A stretch of DNA of 64,000 nt from positions 248,001-312,000 of the forward strand of contig FLMG01000355.1 of NCBI GenBank assembly GCA_900088475.1, written 5' to 3'. Within the stretch, counting starts at the first letter, position 1. The number at the start of each line of letters is the position of its first letter. The notes beneath the pieces are model-generated. The model was not told the DNA's origin. It ran no database searches and saw only the letters and a program-made list of their open reading frames with translations. This document shows positions 49,181 through 64,000 of this stretch, piece by piece. This stretch comes from Hyphochytrium catenoides (taxonomy: Eukaryota > Protista > Hyphochytriomycota). The translations under genes were made by a program, and so were the position numbers.

Positions 49181-50365
49181 TAAAAGTGAGCCATAGCATG
49201 AGCTGCAGTGCTAATCAGCTGCCCCGATTGTCCTGAGATTTTGTGCTTCATAGGCGGATGATAAATACTGTTACTTTTCCCCAAGGACACCGTTACTTTT
49301 GCTCGAAGTAGGGCCATGCCTCTTGTCGAGTTCAAGGAGAGAAAGCGCATGCCTTCTTGAGTCACAGCATGACCTCCTTCAACGATATAACGCTCCAGTA
49401 CGACTCTACTTAGAGACAATGCAGTCATGTCATTAGTCCATGCAGGGATTAAAGAACCTCAACTCAGTAGTGTTCGTCTCTAATCGGTGGTGATTTGCCT
49501 ATCTGCTACAGCAGCTCGACCTGCTGTACACTGCACCACACCTTCACGCCAAGTCTCAGACCAGGCTAATGGATCTTTCTCTGTGTGCTGATAGCTTGCC
49601 ATCCCATCCTTCGGCTTGGCAAAGATGACAGCCTCGCCTGCAAGAGACTCTGTCATCCACCTTGAGGTTAGAGCACGGAAGAGATGATAGAGCTTCGTCC
49701 TTCTTATTCTTGAGATCGTGGGCAGAGCCAAAGTGACGATGATCGCCGAAGAAGCGAGCGGTTCACGAAAATAGATAACTCCTTCTTCCCAATAAGAACG
49801 ACTCTGCTGAATAAAAACGGCAGAAGAGACGTTATGCCCGTATTTGGAATAGAGATATAAGGAATCACTCTCCTAGCGGGTCTTCTCACCATCCTCGTCT
49901 GCTAATAATTCTCCTTCCTTTTGGCGCTAATTACCTGCGACAGTACCGCAAATAGCGCTGGGCGGCAAATAATAAAGTTAGCAGGAGCATCATCGCGGTT
50001 GCTCAGTCTCTAAGTGAGCGAAGATTATTGCGTCTCCTTCCCCTAGGATAGGCCCCGATCATCCGCCGCACTGAGGCTCTTACGTGTCTAATGAGCGAGT
50101 AGTGGGTCTACCACTACCAACTCGCTGGGCTCTTAACGCTGATAGCTTCTGTTGAGGATACGGGAGAAGTGGGCTTCTTAGGGCAACTATCTGGCAATTT
50201 TTAGCCATCGCAGCGGACCGTCACCGGAGGGTATCACTAGGGCACAGCTACCTTGATATTCAACATTGAACATGGTAATTGGAATTGGCTGCCTCTCTAG
50301 TCTCATACTGAGCGAGGGTGGCAAAGCTCCTCAAATCTCTCGGATGTGATGAAAGGCTAAGGCGG

Positions 50366-53300
50366 ATGGGAAACGTGCCACTCTGGACACAATCTCAACC
50401 AATAGGCTCTGCAGTTGAAGACGAGGATGACAAAGTTACTACAGACAATGGAGCTCATTACCACTCTTGGCCCCACTTGGCGGACACGCTAGAAGACACT
50501 GGCTCTGCCTCTGATTCGGACTGGTTCGCTCTCCCTGGAAAGGACTACGAAGCCGGCATGCCTTCCACCGTTCCGAGTAGCATCGGATTCTCAGCCAGCA
50601 GCTATCGTCCCAGGAAATCTCGCGTCAATTCCGACGAGGATGCGTTTGACAAGATCTTGAAACGAGGCGGAATGGCACAGAGCCATAAAAGGCGCAGAAG
50701 CTCAGATGACTGGACTAAAGATGAATCTGACTTTTCTTTCTCGCGTGGAGGTTCTAGCCCGATAAGAGGAAGGCAAGCCGAAAGGGAACCATATGGGCCT
50801 AAGACCAGCAGGTTGAGTGGTGAAAGTCGAATTAGCGCTCCTAACTGCTTACGGAACCCTGGAGCTTCTTTGATGCAGGTAAGAGATTGCTTCCATTCTC
50901 TCTACTCTTCTGTTGCCAGTAGAGTCAAAGTCTGTCTCTGCCTTCTGAAACTAGTGGCCTTTGACACATGCTTTTAATCGTCCGGCAGAGCGCTAGAGAG
51001 AAGGTTCCTCTTGTGCACAGGCCCCTCGGGCAATCAAGGTTTACGGAGCGGAGTGATAGGGATAGCATCCTAGCAGCTCCTCGTCTTAACTCCAACCCGT
51101 TTGGCAGGACCACGAAGACCTATGGTCGACAACCTCTGGAATCAGACAAGGAACGGAATAGTGCTTCCGAAGGATCGAATGCATCTAAAACTGACAAAGT
51201 TGTAGATGACAAACTGCAGACAATACTCTCGGGGTTCGCCCAGGCAGTTCAGCCTAGGATACATTCCCCTAAGACTTCCGTAAGCGAAAAGTCTACAAGC
51301 CGTTTTTCGGCGTCCTCGGTGTGGGACTCGTTGCGTGGCAAAAGCAAAGAAGAGGATGCCGGCGTCCCCACAAGGAGGTACGGGCAGAAAGAGAAAGATT
51401 TGAAGAGAAATGGGTGGCTAAGCGGTCAAGGAGAGGATGGCAAAGGATCTAAATGGTCCTTCAATTCATATATAAAAATGCCGAGCTCATCATCCAGCAC
51501 TAAAATTCGGAGGCGAAAGTCTGACCAGGTGGTGGACCTCATCTCCTCGGATGACGACATGAAAGTAGATCGACCTTCAGTGGCCCGACTAAAGCAGCGA
51601 TCAGGCTTGGCTAGTGCTAAGGATGAACTGGCGTCGAAGGTCCGTGAAAGTGTCTACGGGCCTTGCTATCACAGGCAATAGTCTCTAGCCTCAGCCATCC
51701 CTCTTTGATCTAGCAGCACCGCTCTCCCTAACCATTTATTCATACTCCGTGGCTGACACAAGTTAAGGCTCATCTAACCTATTTTGAGTGAGCAGCTAAG
51801 TGACAAGGAAGGCCTGGCGTTTCCATGCACCAAGATTGGAGTGGGTAGCCACGTCAGGGACAAAGGAGCTTTGCTCGTGGGCACAGATAGCATAGTTTTC
51901 GAGCTTGCCAGGTCTACATAAGGCGCTGGTGTTAACTCAAGCCTCCTATTCCGCTATTCAGTAACCTTCCTGCTAAACTCTTCTCGCGATATGGCCTTTC
52001 TTGCTTCTACCTCAACTTTGTAGCACTTCTCACCGGCTGGTCCGTCTTTATTCTGCTAGACCTTTATCTGATCTTCGCCTCTTTTCCTGCACCTTGCAGC
52101 TGTCCTCCCTTTCACCAAGAAGACTGGACTGTTGACCTGCGCGATTTCACGACGGCCGGGTAAGTGCCTTGCCAGGATTGCCTACGTTGCCCAACCCTAA
52201 CGGTCTCCATCCCAGCTTCTACCGTGGGGATGCGGAGGTTGAGCCTTTTATGGTGCTTAAGGTGAAAACAACCTGGGTTCCTGCACGCTGGAAAGCTTTG
52301 TATGATCCCTACAGTCAGGGTTAGTCTCACCTAGAGCCTCGACCAGCAATTAGTTCTGATCCCATCCAATACCGCTCGGTTTGCGCGTCTTCGCTTTCTT
52401 ATTGACCCTCTCTAAGTGTCTACGTTGGGCGTTATTGGACTATCCCTTATTTGTTCACCAAACGTCGCTTCTTTTGCCAAAAAGATTAACTATCGATGTC
52501 TCTACCAGATGAATCCAAGAATTATATTATATTTATGTTTCCCACTGAGATTTTGAGCGAAATAGAGCAAGCGGTGACAAAGTTACTGGGTCACACTGGC
52601 TACGCAAAGTCCATGATGAGGTATCTATTGCAGTGGAAGGAAGTTTACTAGCAGCGACTGACGCTCTTTGCTCGTGAATACGGGGCATCCAGCGTCATGA
52701 AGGCTTCTACTCCTCGCTATTTAAAGGCTATTCAACAAAGAGACAAAAACTCCAAGAGAACACGGCGGTACGTCTAGTCATCCATCTTCTCTCATGTATC
52801 CTGTCAATGCTAAGGGCTGGACTAGGTCCCTACGGAGCTCTGTAACAGAAATTGATGCTGACGAAGACGAAGGGGAAGCAATCCTGATATACCCTCATGA
52901 CAAGCAAGCCAATGACTTCATTACCATCAACTCAGGAGATCTTCGGCGGTTGCGACCCGAAAAGTACCTCAATGACAGCCTTGTGGACTTTTACTTGAAG
53001 TATGGACTAACTTAAGCTCTTCCTAATATCGATGCTCTGGCTGATTGTTTCCCTCCTGTCCCGGTCTTGAACACGTGCTGCGAAGCCCTTTGGAGCAGGG
53101 AGTCCGTAGCATTTCTAAGCTCTCTCTCTGTCCCTCGCCCTGGTTGCGCCTTTAGATATTTATACCTGTCGGAGCTCTCGGAGGCACATCGCTCTCGAGT
53201 TCATATATTTAGCTCCTTCTTCTATACAAGATTGCTGGAAGGCAAGAAAGGCACCAGGAGCAGCGAGTTGGAGGCAGGCGGATACCAGAACGTAGAGCGA

Positions 53301-54828
53301 TGGACCAAAAAGATTGATATTTTTTCAAGGGATTTCGTGTTGGTCCCCATCAACGAAAGGTAACTGGGCCTGACGTCCTGCCATAAAGTGTATAGAGCTT
53401 AGACATTGTCATAGCGCAATGTATCTCTCTCTTACCTGGCATTTTCCACTGATAAACCTTACATGCATTGATTACATGTTCTTCAGATTTCCTCATTGTA
53501 TACATCTAATCTCAATTGAATCCTGGTTATCCCTGTCTTGGGTGTGAAACGTGTCTCAGCTATAATGCCACTCAGTGGGTGGCGTGACCTGCTTCAGCTT
53601 GTTGTCTCTCTCTACCTCTTTCGAAGGTACTAATAGTATCATTTCTTAGCCTCCACTGGAGTCTGGTGGTTATTTGCAACCCTATAGCCTTCGTCAAGGT
53701 GAGGCATCCTCTTCTTAGTTACCTACCTCGTTGGTGTTTGTTAACAATTTGGTATGTCTGCAGGAGGATCCCAAGCGAGAGCCCTGTCTCATATTCATGG
53801 ACTCGCTACGGTGTCACAGCAGCTCTAGAATAGGCCGTTGTCTACGAAGGTGGGTCTGTAAGGACACACGACGCCCCTTTTACCCCAGTGCCTCAGGAGT
53901 GACCTAGTTGCTGTTCAATGCTGGGCCTCACACGACTTCTGCCTTTGGAAGTCATCGTAGGCCTTCTTTCTGAGCGGTTGTCTCCCCTAGCCTAACACTT
54001 ATTGGATGGTGATTCGCAGGTACTTGGAACTAGAGTGGCAAAGCAAACATCCAGAGGAAGGAGAGCCGGACGCCCTCACAATGCCAAAGAGCTTGTGTCC
54101 GAAGGTGCTTGATTACCCTTGAACATAACGCCCCGGTCGGAGGTCGACCTAACATCCGATGCTCTTTCTCTTTATCAATCTTTGTCGCAATTCAGCTACC
54201 CATGCAGGAGAATGGTTATGACTGTGGCGTATTTCTTCTAAAGTATGCAGAAATGTTCCTGAGCAAGTTGGACTTGTTCAACCTTTCTGAGATGACGAAG
54301 TCTGTGGAAGAGTTGCTGAGTCCGGAGATGTTTGGGAGGGGAGATGCAGAGTTGCTTCGGACAAACATCGCGAAGCTCATCAAGGGACTTGTCCAGAGTA
54401 TAGCTTCCACAAAAGATGAGGAAAGGCCGGATGACGCTCTGGTTGAGAGTAACAATACGGGCGTGAAGGAGGAGGCTAAGGCTGGTGATGGCATTGATAG
54501 GACCCGAGGAGTTAAGGAAAACGACGCACTCAAGGTCCAGAAAGATTGGGAAGGAGCAAAGCAGAAGCCGAGCAAGGGTGACACGATGGAAGAAGAAGAC
54601 AGTGATACCAAGACGGAGGACATGCCAGAAATGGGATTACTGCCTGACTCTGAGGAGCTAGGAGGATTCTCTCTGACCCCGGCAGAAGCAGAGCCAAAGT
54701 CGATGGAGCCAGACTCTAGACCCGATGACAGGAAAAGGTCTGGCCGGTCGGAGATAAATGCTGGGACTGACATTGAAACTGGCGCGATGCAGGAGGAAGA
54801 GGAAGAGCAGAACTGTTATGAAGTATGA
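50366..54828 (+). CDS. SUMO-specific cysteine protease, peptidase C48 (Ulp2/SENP6-7-like)
   Basis: Spliced catalytic domain: ITINSGDLRRLRPEKYLNDSLVDFYL, HIFSSFFYTRL, VERWTKKIDIFSRDFVLVPIN, catalytic His (LHWSL), Asp (FMDSL) and Gln/Cys (QENGYDCGVF). SIM-like VVDLISSDDD in the disordered N-terminus. Start codon uncertain. Confidence 0.93.
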
Positions 54829-55667
54829 TACTATGCGCGGCACAGAGAATCGCTTGCCATTATCTGGCCATCTACTACTCTCAGCAGCTCTTGCCACACA
54901 GTGCTCTTTATCCTTCTTCTTCCTTCAACTATCACTCATCCTTTCTCTTATCTAGACGCCTTCGCCTGCCCTCCCGACCCCACGATCTCTCTTCTGCCAG
55001 CGCTGCCACTAATAACTCCTCTCCAGACTAGCCAATTCCGCAATAAAATCCATGTAGAAAACTTCATTGAAAGTCTCTTGAGTTTCCCTTGACACTAGAT
55101 GAAAACATTACACCCCACCTATGAGGAGCAGCCATAAGAAGAGGTCAAGTTTCACCCTCTAAATTAGGGAAGTACCAGATAGAGGAGAACTAGCCTCCAC
55201 CAGCGTAACATGGGTAGGGCTCCAAGGTGGACATCGTGTTCAGGAAGTGTATCCGCACGTCGTCGTACGAACTTGACCTGTCCTCTCCAATAACAGAGAC
55301 TCATCAAAAGAAAGAAGGGCAGGCACGTCGAGACAGAGTAGTGGTAGTACAATTGTAGCATTGGCAGAGAGATGGGGTTACTTTGAGGTAGAGATATGGA
55401 GAAAGTGTGTTAGGTTATGGGTGGGCGCTCAAGAATCAGTTCAAAGCTTTCTGCGTCATTGAGTTTTCAAGGGTTCTGAAGCTTCACAACTCGATAATTA
55501 TAGGACCCCACCTGGTGTCCTCGTTTAGGGCTCTGTAACTGCGCTGGGATTGTCTTGGACAAACGATAAGCCCCTAGCCTAACAAGCAGGAGCTGGGACT
55601 AGATAGGTAGGGAATATATACTGTTTGCTCAATTCCACTTTATTGTCTACCCCTTTGTCCCATGTGA

Positions 55668-58662
<2,995 letters not shown>

Positions 58663-58879
58663 AGTATAGAAGATTGCCCTTGAGCCTTTCAGCCCCTATC
58701 GCCCTGTTTTCCCTTGACCTCTTGGCTGGCCAAGCTTTCTTTGCTCAGGCGTGACCCATTCCAACGATGTTTTGATCCTCCTTTTTTTGATGGTATCTAG
58801 GGGCCTCCGTCTCACATGCCTTTTCTCTTGTTCTTGCTACCCTCTCTGTTGCACTCTACCTTCTGTTCTATCCATTCAG

Positions 58880-58984
58880 GTATTGGGGCTCGTAGACAGC
58901 GCTACCCTGAAGTACGGCGCTACTGCATGCGCCTTTGGAGCTGCTCTAGGCGCAGCACTAACCCTTCTCATGAAGAAGTCCTAG
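58880..58984 (+). CDS. Putative alternative last exon of glutathione reductase encoding a tail anchor
   Basis: Long polypyrimidine tract plus CAG acceptor at 58877-58879. In phase 0 with the AAG|GC donor at 58651. Encodes VLGLVDSATLKYGATACAFGAALGAALTLLMKKS*. AATAAA downstream at 59193. Confidence 0.65.
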   Translation, partial: VLGLVDSATLKYGATACAFGAALGAALTLLMKKS

Positions 58985-59463
58985 GCGACGGGCTTGGCAT
59001 GCCCGCCGGAAGCCACGCAGGGCCATGATTTAACCTAACTGACAGCAGCAGCTGGCAGAGTCATCCTTTCTGTAGGAGCCTTCTCTGCCCTCCTTGCCAG
59101 ATCACGTAGTACCTTTCTCATTCGTCGTTCTAGACCACAGCTCCGGTGGTACTCCGTAGAGTGCCAATTACCTTAAACATTAATGACCGTCGAATAAAAG
59201 ACAGCGTCTCTCCCTCTCTCTCTGTCTCTTTTGCCTCTCATTCCTCTTGCCATTAGAGCTTTCCCCCTGCGACGTCAGCCGTCCTCGGTCTCTGTACTCC
59301 CAATATCTTGAGCTCCGTCATTCGGCTGGTCATCGGCCACCACAGAACTCTTTCCCTCCTGCTCCTGCTGATGTCTCTTCACCTTGAGAACTAGCGACTA
59401 ACGGCTAGGATTCAGGCTTGAATGGCAAGTACAGTAAGTACATGGGTACTTGTACTTGCACAG

Positions 59464-59481
59464 TTAGGGTTTTGGCGGGAA
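59464..59481 (+). promoter_or_regulatory. Overlapping telo-box-like (TTAGGGTTT) and E2F-like (TTTGGCGGGAA) motifs upstream of ORC3
   Basis: Sequence gttagggttttggcgggaa lies ~220-240 nt before the ORC3 ATG. E2F sites are typical of replication-licensing gene promoters. The motifs are short, so chance occurrence is possible. Confidence 0.35.
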
Positions 59482-59702
59482 GGAAAGTGGCGGAAGTTTG
59501 TTCAGAAAAACATTTTTGGCGATGCTGCCGATTGAACTGACAGAGATTCGCCGGATGAAGGTGAGGCAAGAAGCTCGAGACCCAGACAATGAAGAGCCTA
59601 TGTAGGTGCATGGGGCTTAGTCTGTGTCTGCACTGCTGGCTGTGAAGGTTAAAAGGCACTAGGAGCCGCCCTTAAGCAGCACGAGCACGGGCAGCTGTAT
59701 AC

Positions 59703-62700
59703 ATGATGGCTCTCGGGTGGGATAGAGACCTTCCTTTCATCGGAAAGACGGAGAAGGCTAGACTCAGGAAGAGACCGCGGCCAGGCAAGGGCAATAGTAC
59801 TGGATCAGGTGAGCTGGAAGCACAGGCATGTCACGTAGGAGGTATCCCACGGCTGCGGCCGACCATCACCAACACGGCTGACGTTATAGCTTCAAGGCAT
59901 TCCGGTCAGGGTCGCAAGCACGGGCTGCGACGATTTCTTCAGTGTTTATTTCCCCCAACGTCGAGGTCAGAGCCGCTTGTCTCTTGCCTTCACCGAGAAG
60001 CTGCATACTGGCAAACATGGCGCCATGTCCAGCAAGTAGTGGAAGAAGTGGTGGAGGAGGTCAGGGAAGATGTCTTGAAGCAGCTGTCCGCTTACGTTCG
60101 GCAGGAAGCCGTTGACGCGCCTGGAAACTATATCCCTCTAACTTTGGCCTACATGCCATCCCTTGACCTTCCAGGTTCAGCCTCCCGGTCTATTGCCTCT
60201 TTCCTTAGAGCCTCTGGGCCTAGATATGTGGTGTCGCTCCGCCTTACGGAGTTCTCTAGCCTCGCGTTAGCCCTGCAGGCGATCTATAACCAGCTGACCG
60301 GAAGGAAAAAGCCTACAGAAGAAGCTGTCTCTCAGGGACCCTCGGAAAGAAGCGAACATTCTCACATTCACCGTGAGGGTAGAGAGAAAGAAAGTAAGCA
60401 AGATAAGGACCATGAATGCGGCAAGAACCTGCTGCCTGGCAGAATGACTGACGTTGAGATCCTGAACCGCCCGAGAGCAGCCAAAGTCAACGCTCGAGCT
60501 GCAATTCGCGCCATCTCGGACAGCAAACTAAGGCATTTTAGGCCTATGACCGACGAGGAAGACGACGGTGAACCCTTTATCTTTTCGGATGACGAGGAGG
60601 ATGAGCTTACTCTTGGTGGACGTTCTTGGGGCTCACGCTCAACACCTGCAACGATGTCAAGAGTTAAGCGCCAGGATTGGATGGCAGCGGTAGCAGATTG
60701 GTGGGAGTCGCTTCCTCTTTCTTCTTCTTCAGCAGACAAAGAAGAAAAGGCCCTTGGGCCTGTGTGCATTGTCTTTGAGGAGGTAGAAGCTGCGGAGACC
60801 AGTCTCCTAACTCGGCTACTTTATACTTTGTCCGCCCAGCTATCCCATCTCCCTCTTCATCTCATCTTTAGCATGACATCTGCTGCAAGAGATCTACACA
60901 GTCGACTTCCACATTCGGTCCTTATTGAGTTTAAGATGGAGTCCTTTGGCAATGTTAGGACAGAGGCAGTAGGGCGGATGATTTTGGAGCGTCTTCTTCT
61001 CGGATCTTCTAGGAAACAACTGATAGACCATTCAACCTCACAACCTACTTGCGCTTCTCCATCAACAGACCCTCTTCAACCTCTGGCAGTCCAGTTACCG
61101 GGGCCAGTGCTGTCTACACTGCTACATGAGCGGTTTATCCTGTCCTCTAACTCTCTGGGAAGTCTTCTGCGAGACTTACAAGCGGTGCTCCGGGTACACT
61201 TTGGCCACACTCGGGGCAGCTATTTGGCTAGTATCAGATGGAGAGAAGAAGATGCGCAGGAAAATAGGGAGGAAGAGAGTGAAACTGAGGAGGAGGAAGG
61301 GGAGGACGAGGAGACAGCTGTACCCTCTATAAACGAGATCAATAGCTACGACCTTTGGTACCTGACAAGGAAGAGCACTTCCTATTCCAAGGAGCAACGA
61401 AGAAAAGAGCTGCGAGATGCGGTCCAATGCTATCATGTGAAGAGACGTTCCTGGCTCTTCGTTTTCTCTGTGCTTTTTGGGGCTTTACGCTACCTTTCAG
61501 GACTACACGTGGAGAGGAACGAGGAGAGACCAGGCAAGAAGGCAACGCCTTTAGAGAGGTTAGACTTATATGGAATCGCTCTCCAAGGATCCGAATTTAT
61601 ACTCTCGTCCTCTGTATATCGGAAGGCCAAACAAACTTTGAGGGCCTGTGGCCTAAAGCAGCTAGCTGGACTGCAGATGTTGCTGTCGGACCACCTCGTC
61701 CTAAGTGAGTTAGGAGAAAATGTCTCTTTCTTCTTCTTAAAAGCCATCCGATCCCTCTTCGCTCAGTTGAATGCAGCGCTGGACGACTATGAACAAAGAG
61801 GAAAGGACATGACTCTTGATGCTTCTTCGAAGGCTTCGTCTCCTGCACCTGTCAACCCTGCTGGCTCAGCAAGGGGCCTCTTCCTTGCACGACAGGGCAT
61901 TGAAAGCAAATCCGCAGGCAGCTCCACATCCGCTGTCTCCACCCCAATTGTCTACCAGATAGAGAGGAGCAGAGAAAGGACGATTGAAGGCCAGCAGGAG
62001 GCGACAAGGCGAAGGGCGGAGGACGCAGAAAGCAGAGTTCAAGCGCTCAGCATTTACCGCACCTCCTTGGAACACTTGTTGGACGAGTTGTGCCTGATGC
62101 TTGACTCTCCATCCTCGTGGCCTTTGTCTCACGTTTTTCTTGCGCCTGAGGCCCTCTGTCTCTATGAACTAAAGACAGTGCTCTCAATGCAAATGAGGCG
62201 AAAGCTACTGAATGGACTGGAGTCTCAAGAGTATTCACTGCGGTGAGGAAAGAACGAGTTGCTAGTAGTCGATAAGGCCTGCCTAGGACGTCCATCTACT
62301 GCTTTACTCTACTTTGCCTGTGTTGCCGCGTGTCTCTACCTCTTCTCCCTGGGCGTAGAAGATGCTGTTGCTCTTTGACGTTAGGCTTCCTTCCATAGTA
62401 TTCTCTGGCCTTTTGTCTCATTTTACCCTGAGAACAGCGAGGGCCCGCATAATTGCTGTGTGTCTTGCTTTACGTCTCACTGTTTTGTTCATATTTTACT
62501 ATGCTTTAGGTGCGATTGCTGTCATGACCCAAAGCAGGATCAAGGTACCTCCGCTACGATGGAGGACATCGTCATTGCCTATCGTCTTCTGGTGGAGAAC
62601 GGAGAAAAGAATATCTCCCTCTCCAGCTGGTATGACAGTTATCTTGCAGTCTATAACGACGAAGGGAAGACAGAGAGACCAGATAACCCGAGCGAGCAAG

Positions 62701-62894
62701 GGAGAGGACGTCAGAGAAGGAAGCGGAGTCGATCAGAAGACACAAGAAAAGAGGAGACTTCTGAAGAAAGCCTCTCTGCCGAACTGTTGCTTGCTCGCTT
62801 TACACGAGCCGTCTCTGAGCTTCAGTTTATGGGTATTGTCAGGCCCTTTGGGAAACAGGGAGATACCATGGAAAGGCTAGTTTATAAGAGCTGA
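59703..62894 (+). CDS. ORC3: Origin recognition complex subunit 3
   Basis: Exons 59703-62242 and 62510-62894 (GT-AG, phase 2). PVCIVFEEVE...LPLHLIFSMTS..DLHSRLP matches the ORC3 AAA-like region. C-terminal winged helix DIVIAYRL...ISLSSWYDSY...ARFTRAVSELQFMGIVRP...MERLVY. Confidence 0.88.
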
Positions 62895-63107
62895 AAAGCG
62901 TTTAGGGAGTGAGCTGCAGCAAGAGTGGGTCAGGCTTAGTTAGAGCAAGCTAACCAGAGAGCCCCGCCATTGTTTTGGCCGATTGCCGCCTTGGAGCCAA
63001 TGGCGCTTGCTCCTTCTCTCACTTCCTTCATCTGTCTGTCTCTATTGGCTCGTCCTCTCATTCAGTCACTTTTGCTCACTCCTGCAAGCGCCCATTGTCA
63101 CGAATGC

Positions 63108-63734
63108 CTAGCTCTTAGGGTCGTAGGAGCAGGAGAAGGGAGGGCGGAACTCCGTCTCATGGACAAACTCCGATATAGTGCCATAGAGGCCAACGACCAT
63201 ACATACAGAAGAGACCACTATAATGGTGTAGCACAGCCATCTCTCCCCTTTCTTCATCTCTTCCTGGAGCATCCTCAGTGCGAAGAGGCAAGGGAGAACA
63301 TACAGAGTGATTAGCCCAACAGTGGCGCCAATCAGCCCTGCCAGCGGCTCAGCGTAGGGAAGAATAAAAGCAGCGAGAAAGCTAGCAAAGATGGCACTAC
63401 TAGTGATCCAGAACCAGGTCGTTCGAGCCTGAAGGAAGAGGGCGAGGCTCTTGACACTTCTTTGGCTCTTCGTCTTCTGTGCCACACTATGGGCCTCGGA
63501 GAGCAGCGATGACGAAGTGAAGAACCTATCAACAAGAACCTTTGTGAAGACGTAGATTTGTATGCCATAAGCCACAATGATGTGGAGAAGCATGAAAGAA
63601 GAGGCCCATTTCTGCACCTCGCCGGTCAGATTATATATGATTGGGTGCTGGACACTGTCCCCTAAATGGACGAAGAGTTAGGACTGGAGGCCCTGACGAG
63701 GGCGAGAAATCGAAGGTGGCAAGGAGATCGCTTG

Positions 63735-63774
<40 letters not shown>

Positions 63775-64000
63775 GAGAGAAGAGAGCGACAAAGAGAGAG
63801 AGAGAGAGAGAGTGTAGAAGAGGGAAACGAACTTAGTCCTTAGATCTGTGAAGTCGTGCAACGTACCGAAGAAGTAAAAGCCGGTGCTTGCCACAGTGAG
63901 GTAAAGCATGAGGAAGATCGAGTTCGAGGTGCAGGTAACCTTCAGATAATTCTGTGGCTGCTTCATCTCGCACACAACTTGCACGATAATGTACTGTCCG
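63108..64000 (-). CDS. Amino acid/auxin permease (Aa_trans family) transporter, 3' part only
   Basis: EMKQPQNY, LYLTVASTGFYFFG, LLHIIVAY, AAFILPYAEPLAGLIGA, YVLPCLF and several TM helices. Spliced; the 5' end lies outside the window. Confidence 0.88.
63735..63822. repeat. (GA)n microsatellite in permease intron
   Basis: Direct observation. Confidence 0.9.

Noticed and set aside
53431-53445. CTTACCTGGC resembling the U1 snRNA 5' end
   Set aside because: Downstream sequence lacks the U1 stem-loops and Sm site.
55627-55641. GCTCAATTCCACTTT resembling the oomycete INR/FPR core promoter
   Set aside because: Imperfect match, equally explained as the polypyrimidine tract of a 5'UTR intron (55607-55670).

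Overview
Intron-rich, gene-dense eukaryotic nuclear DNA from a draft assembly with five N gaps and abundant (GA)n/(CT)n tracts. Protein features suggest a flagellated stramenopile related to oomycetes/hyphochytrids; this is inferred, not verified. I reconstructed about 14 protein-coding genes by eye from GT/GC-AG splice sites: a partial multi-pass membrane protein, a TM/CRAL-TRIO/PH lipid-transfer protein, a Mn-CDF (MTP) transporter, a large acidic disordered protein, a NEK kinase, an SSX2IP/Msd1-like protein, a coiled-coil protein, a long coiled-coil/EF-hand protein, an AGTRAP-like membrane protein, a probable mitochondrial protein, an intronless tandem-GNAT acetyltransferase, a Ulp2/SENP6-7-like SUMO protease, glutathione reductase, ORC3 and a partial amino-acid permease. 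No tRNA, rRNA, CRISPR or recognisable transposase was found. Main findings: (1) glutathione reductase appears to have a GC-AG splice switch between a peroxisomal PTS1 end (-ARL) and a tail-anchored membrane end; (2) a degenerate TPP-riboswitch-like fold lies between the divergent acidic-protein and NEK genes; (3) the acidic protein has an N-terminal ATG8-interacting motif and duplicated AKAP-like helices; (4) the double GNAT gene looks bacterial. Exon boundaries are manual and approximate.
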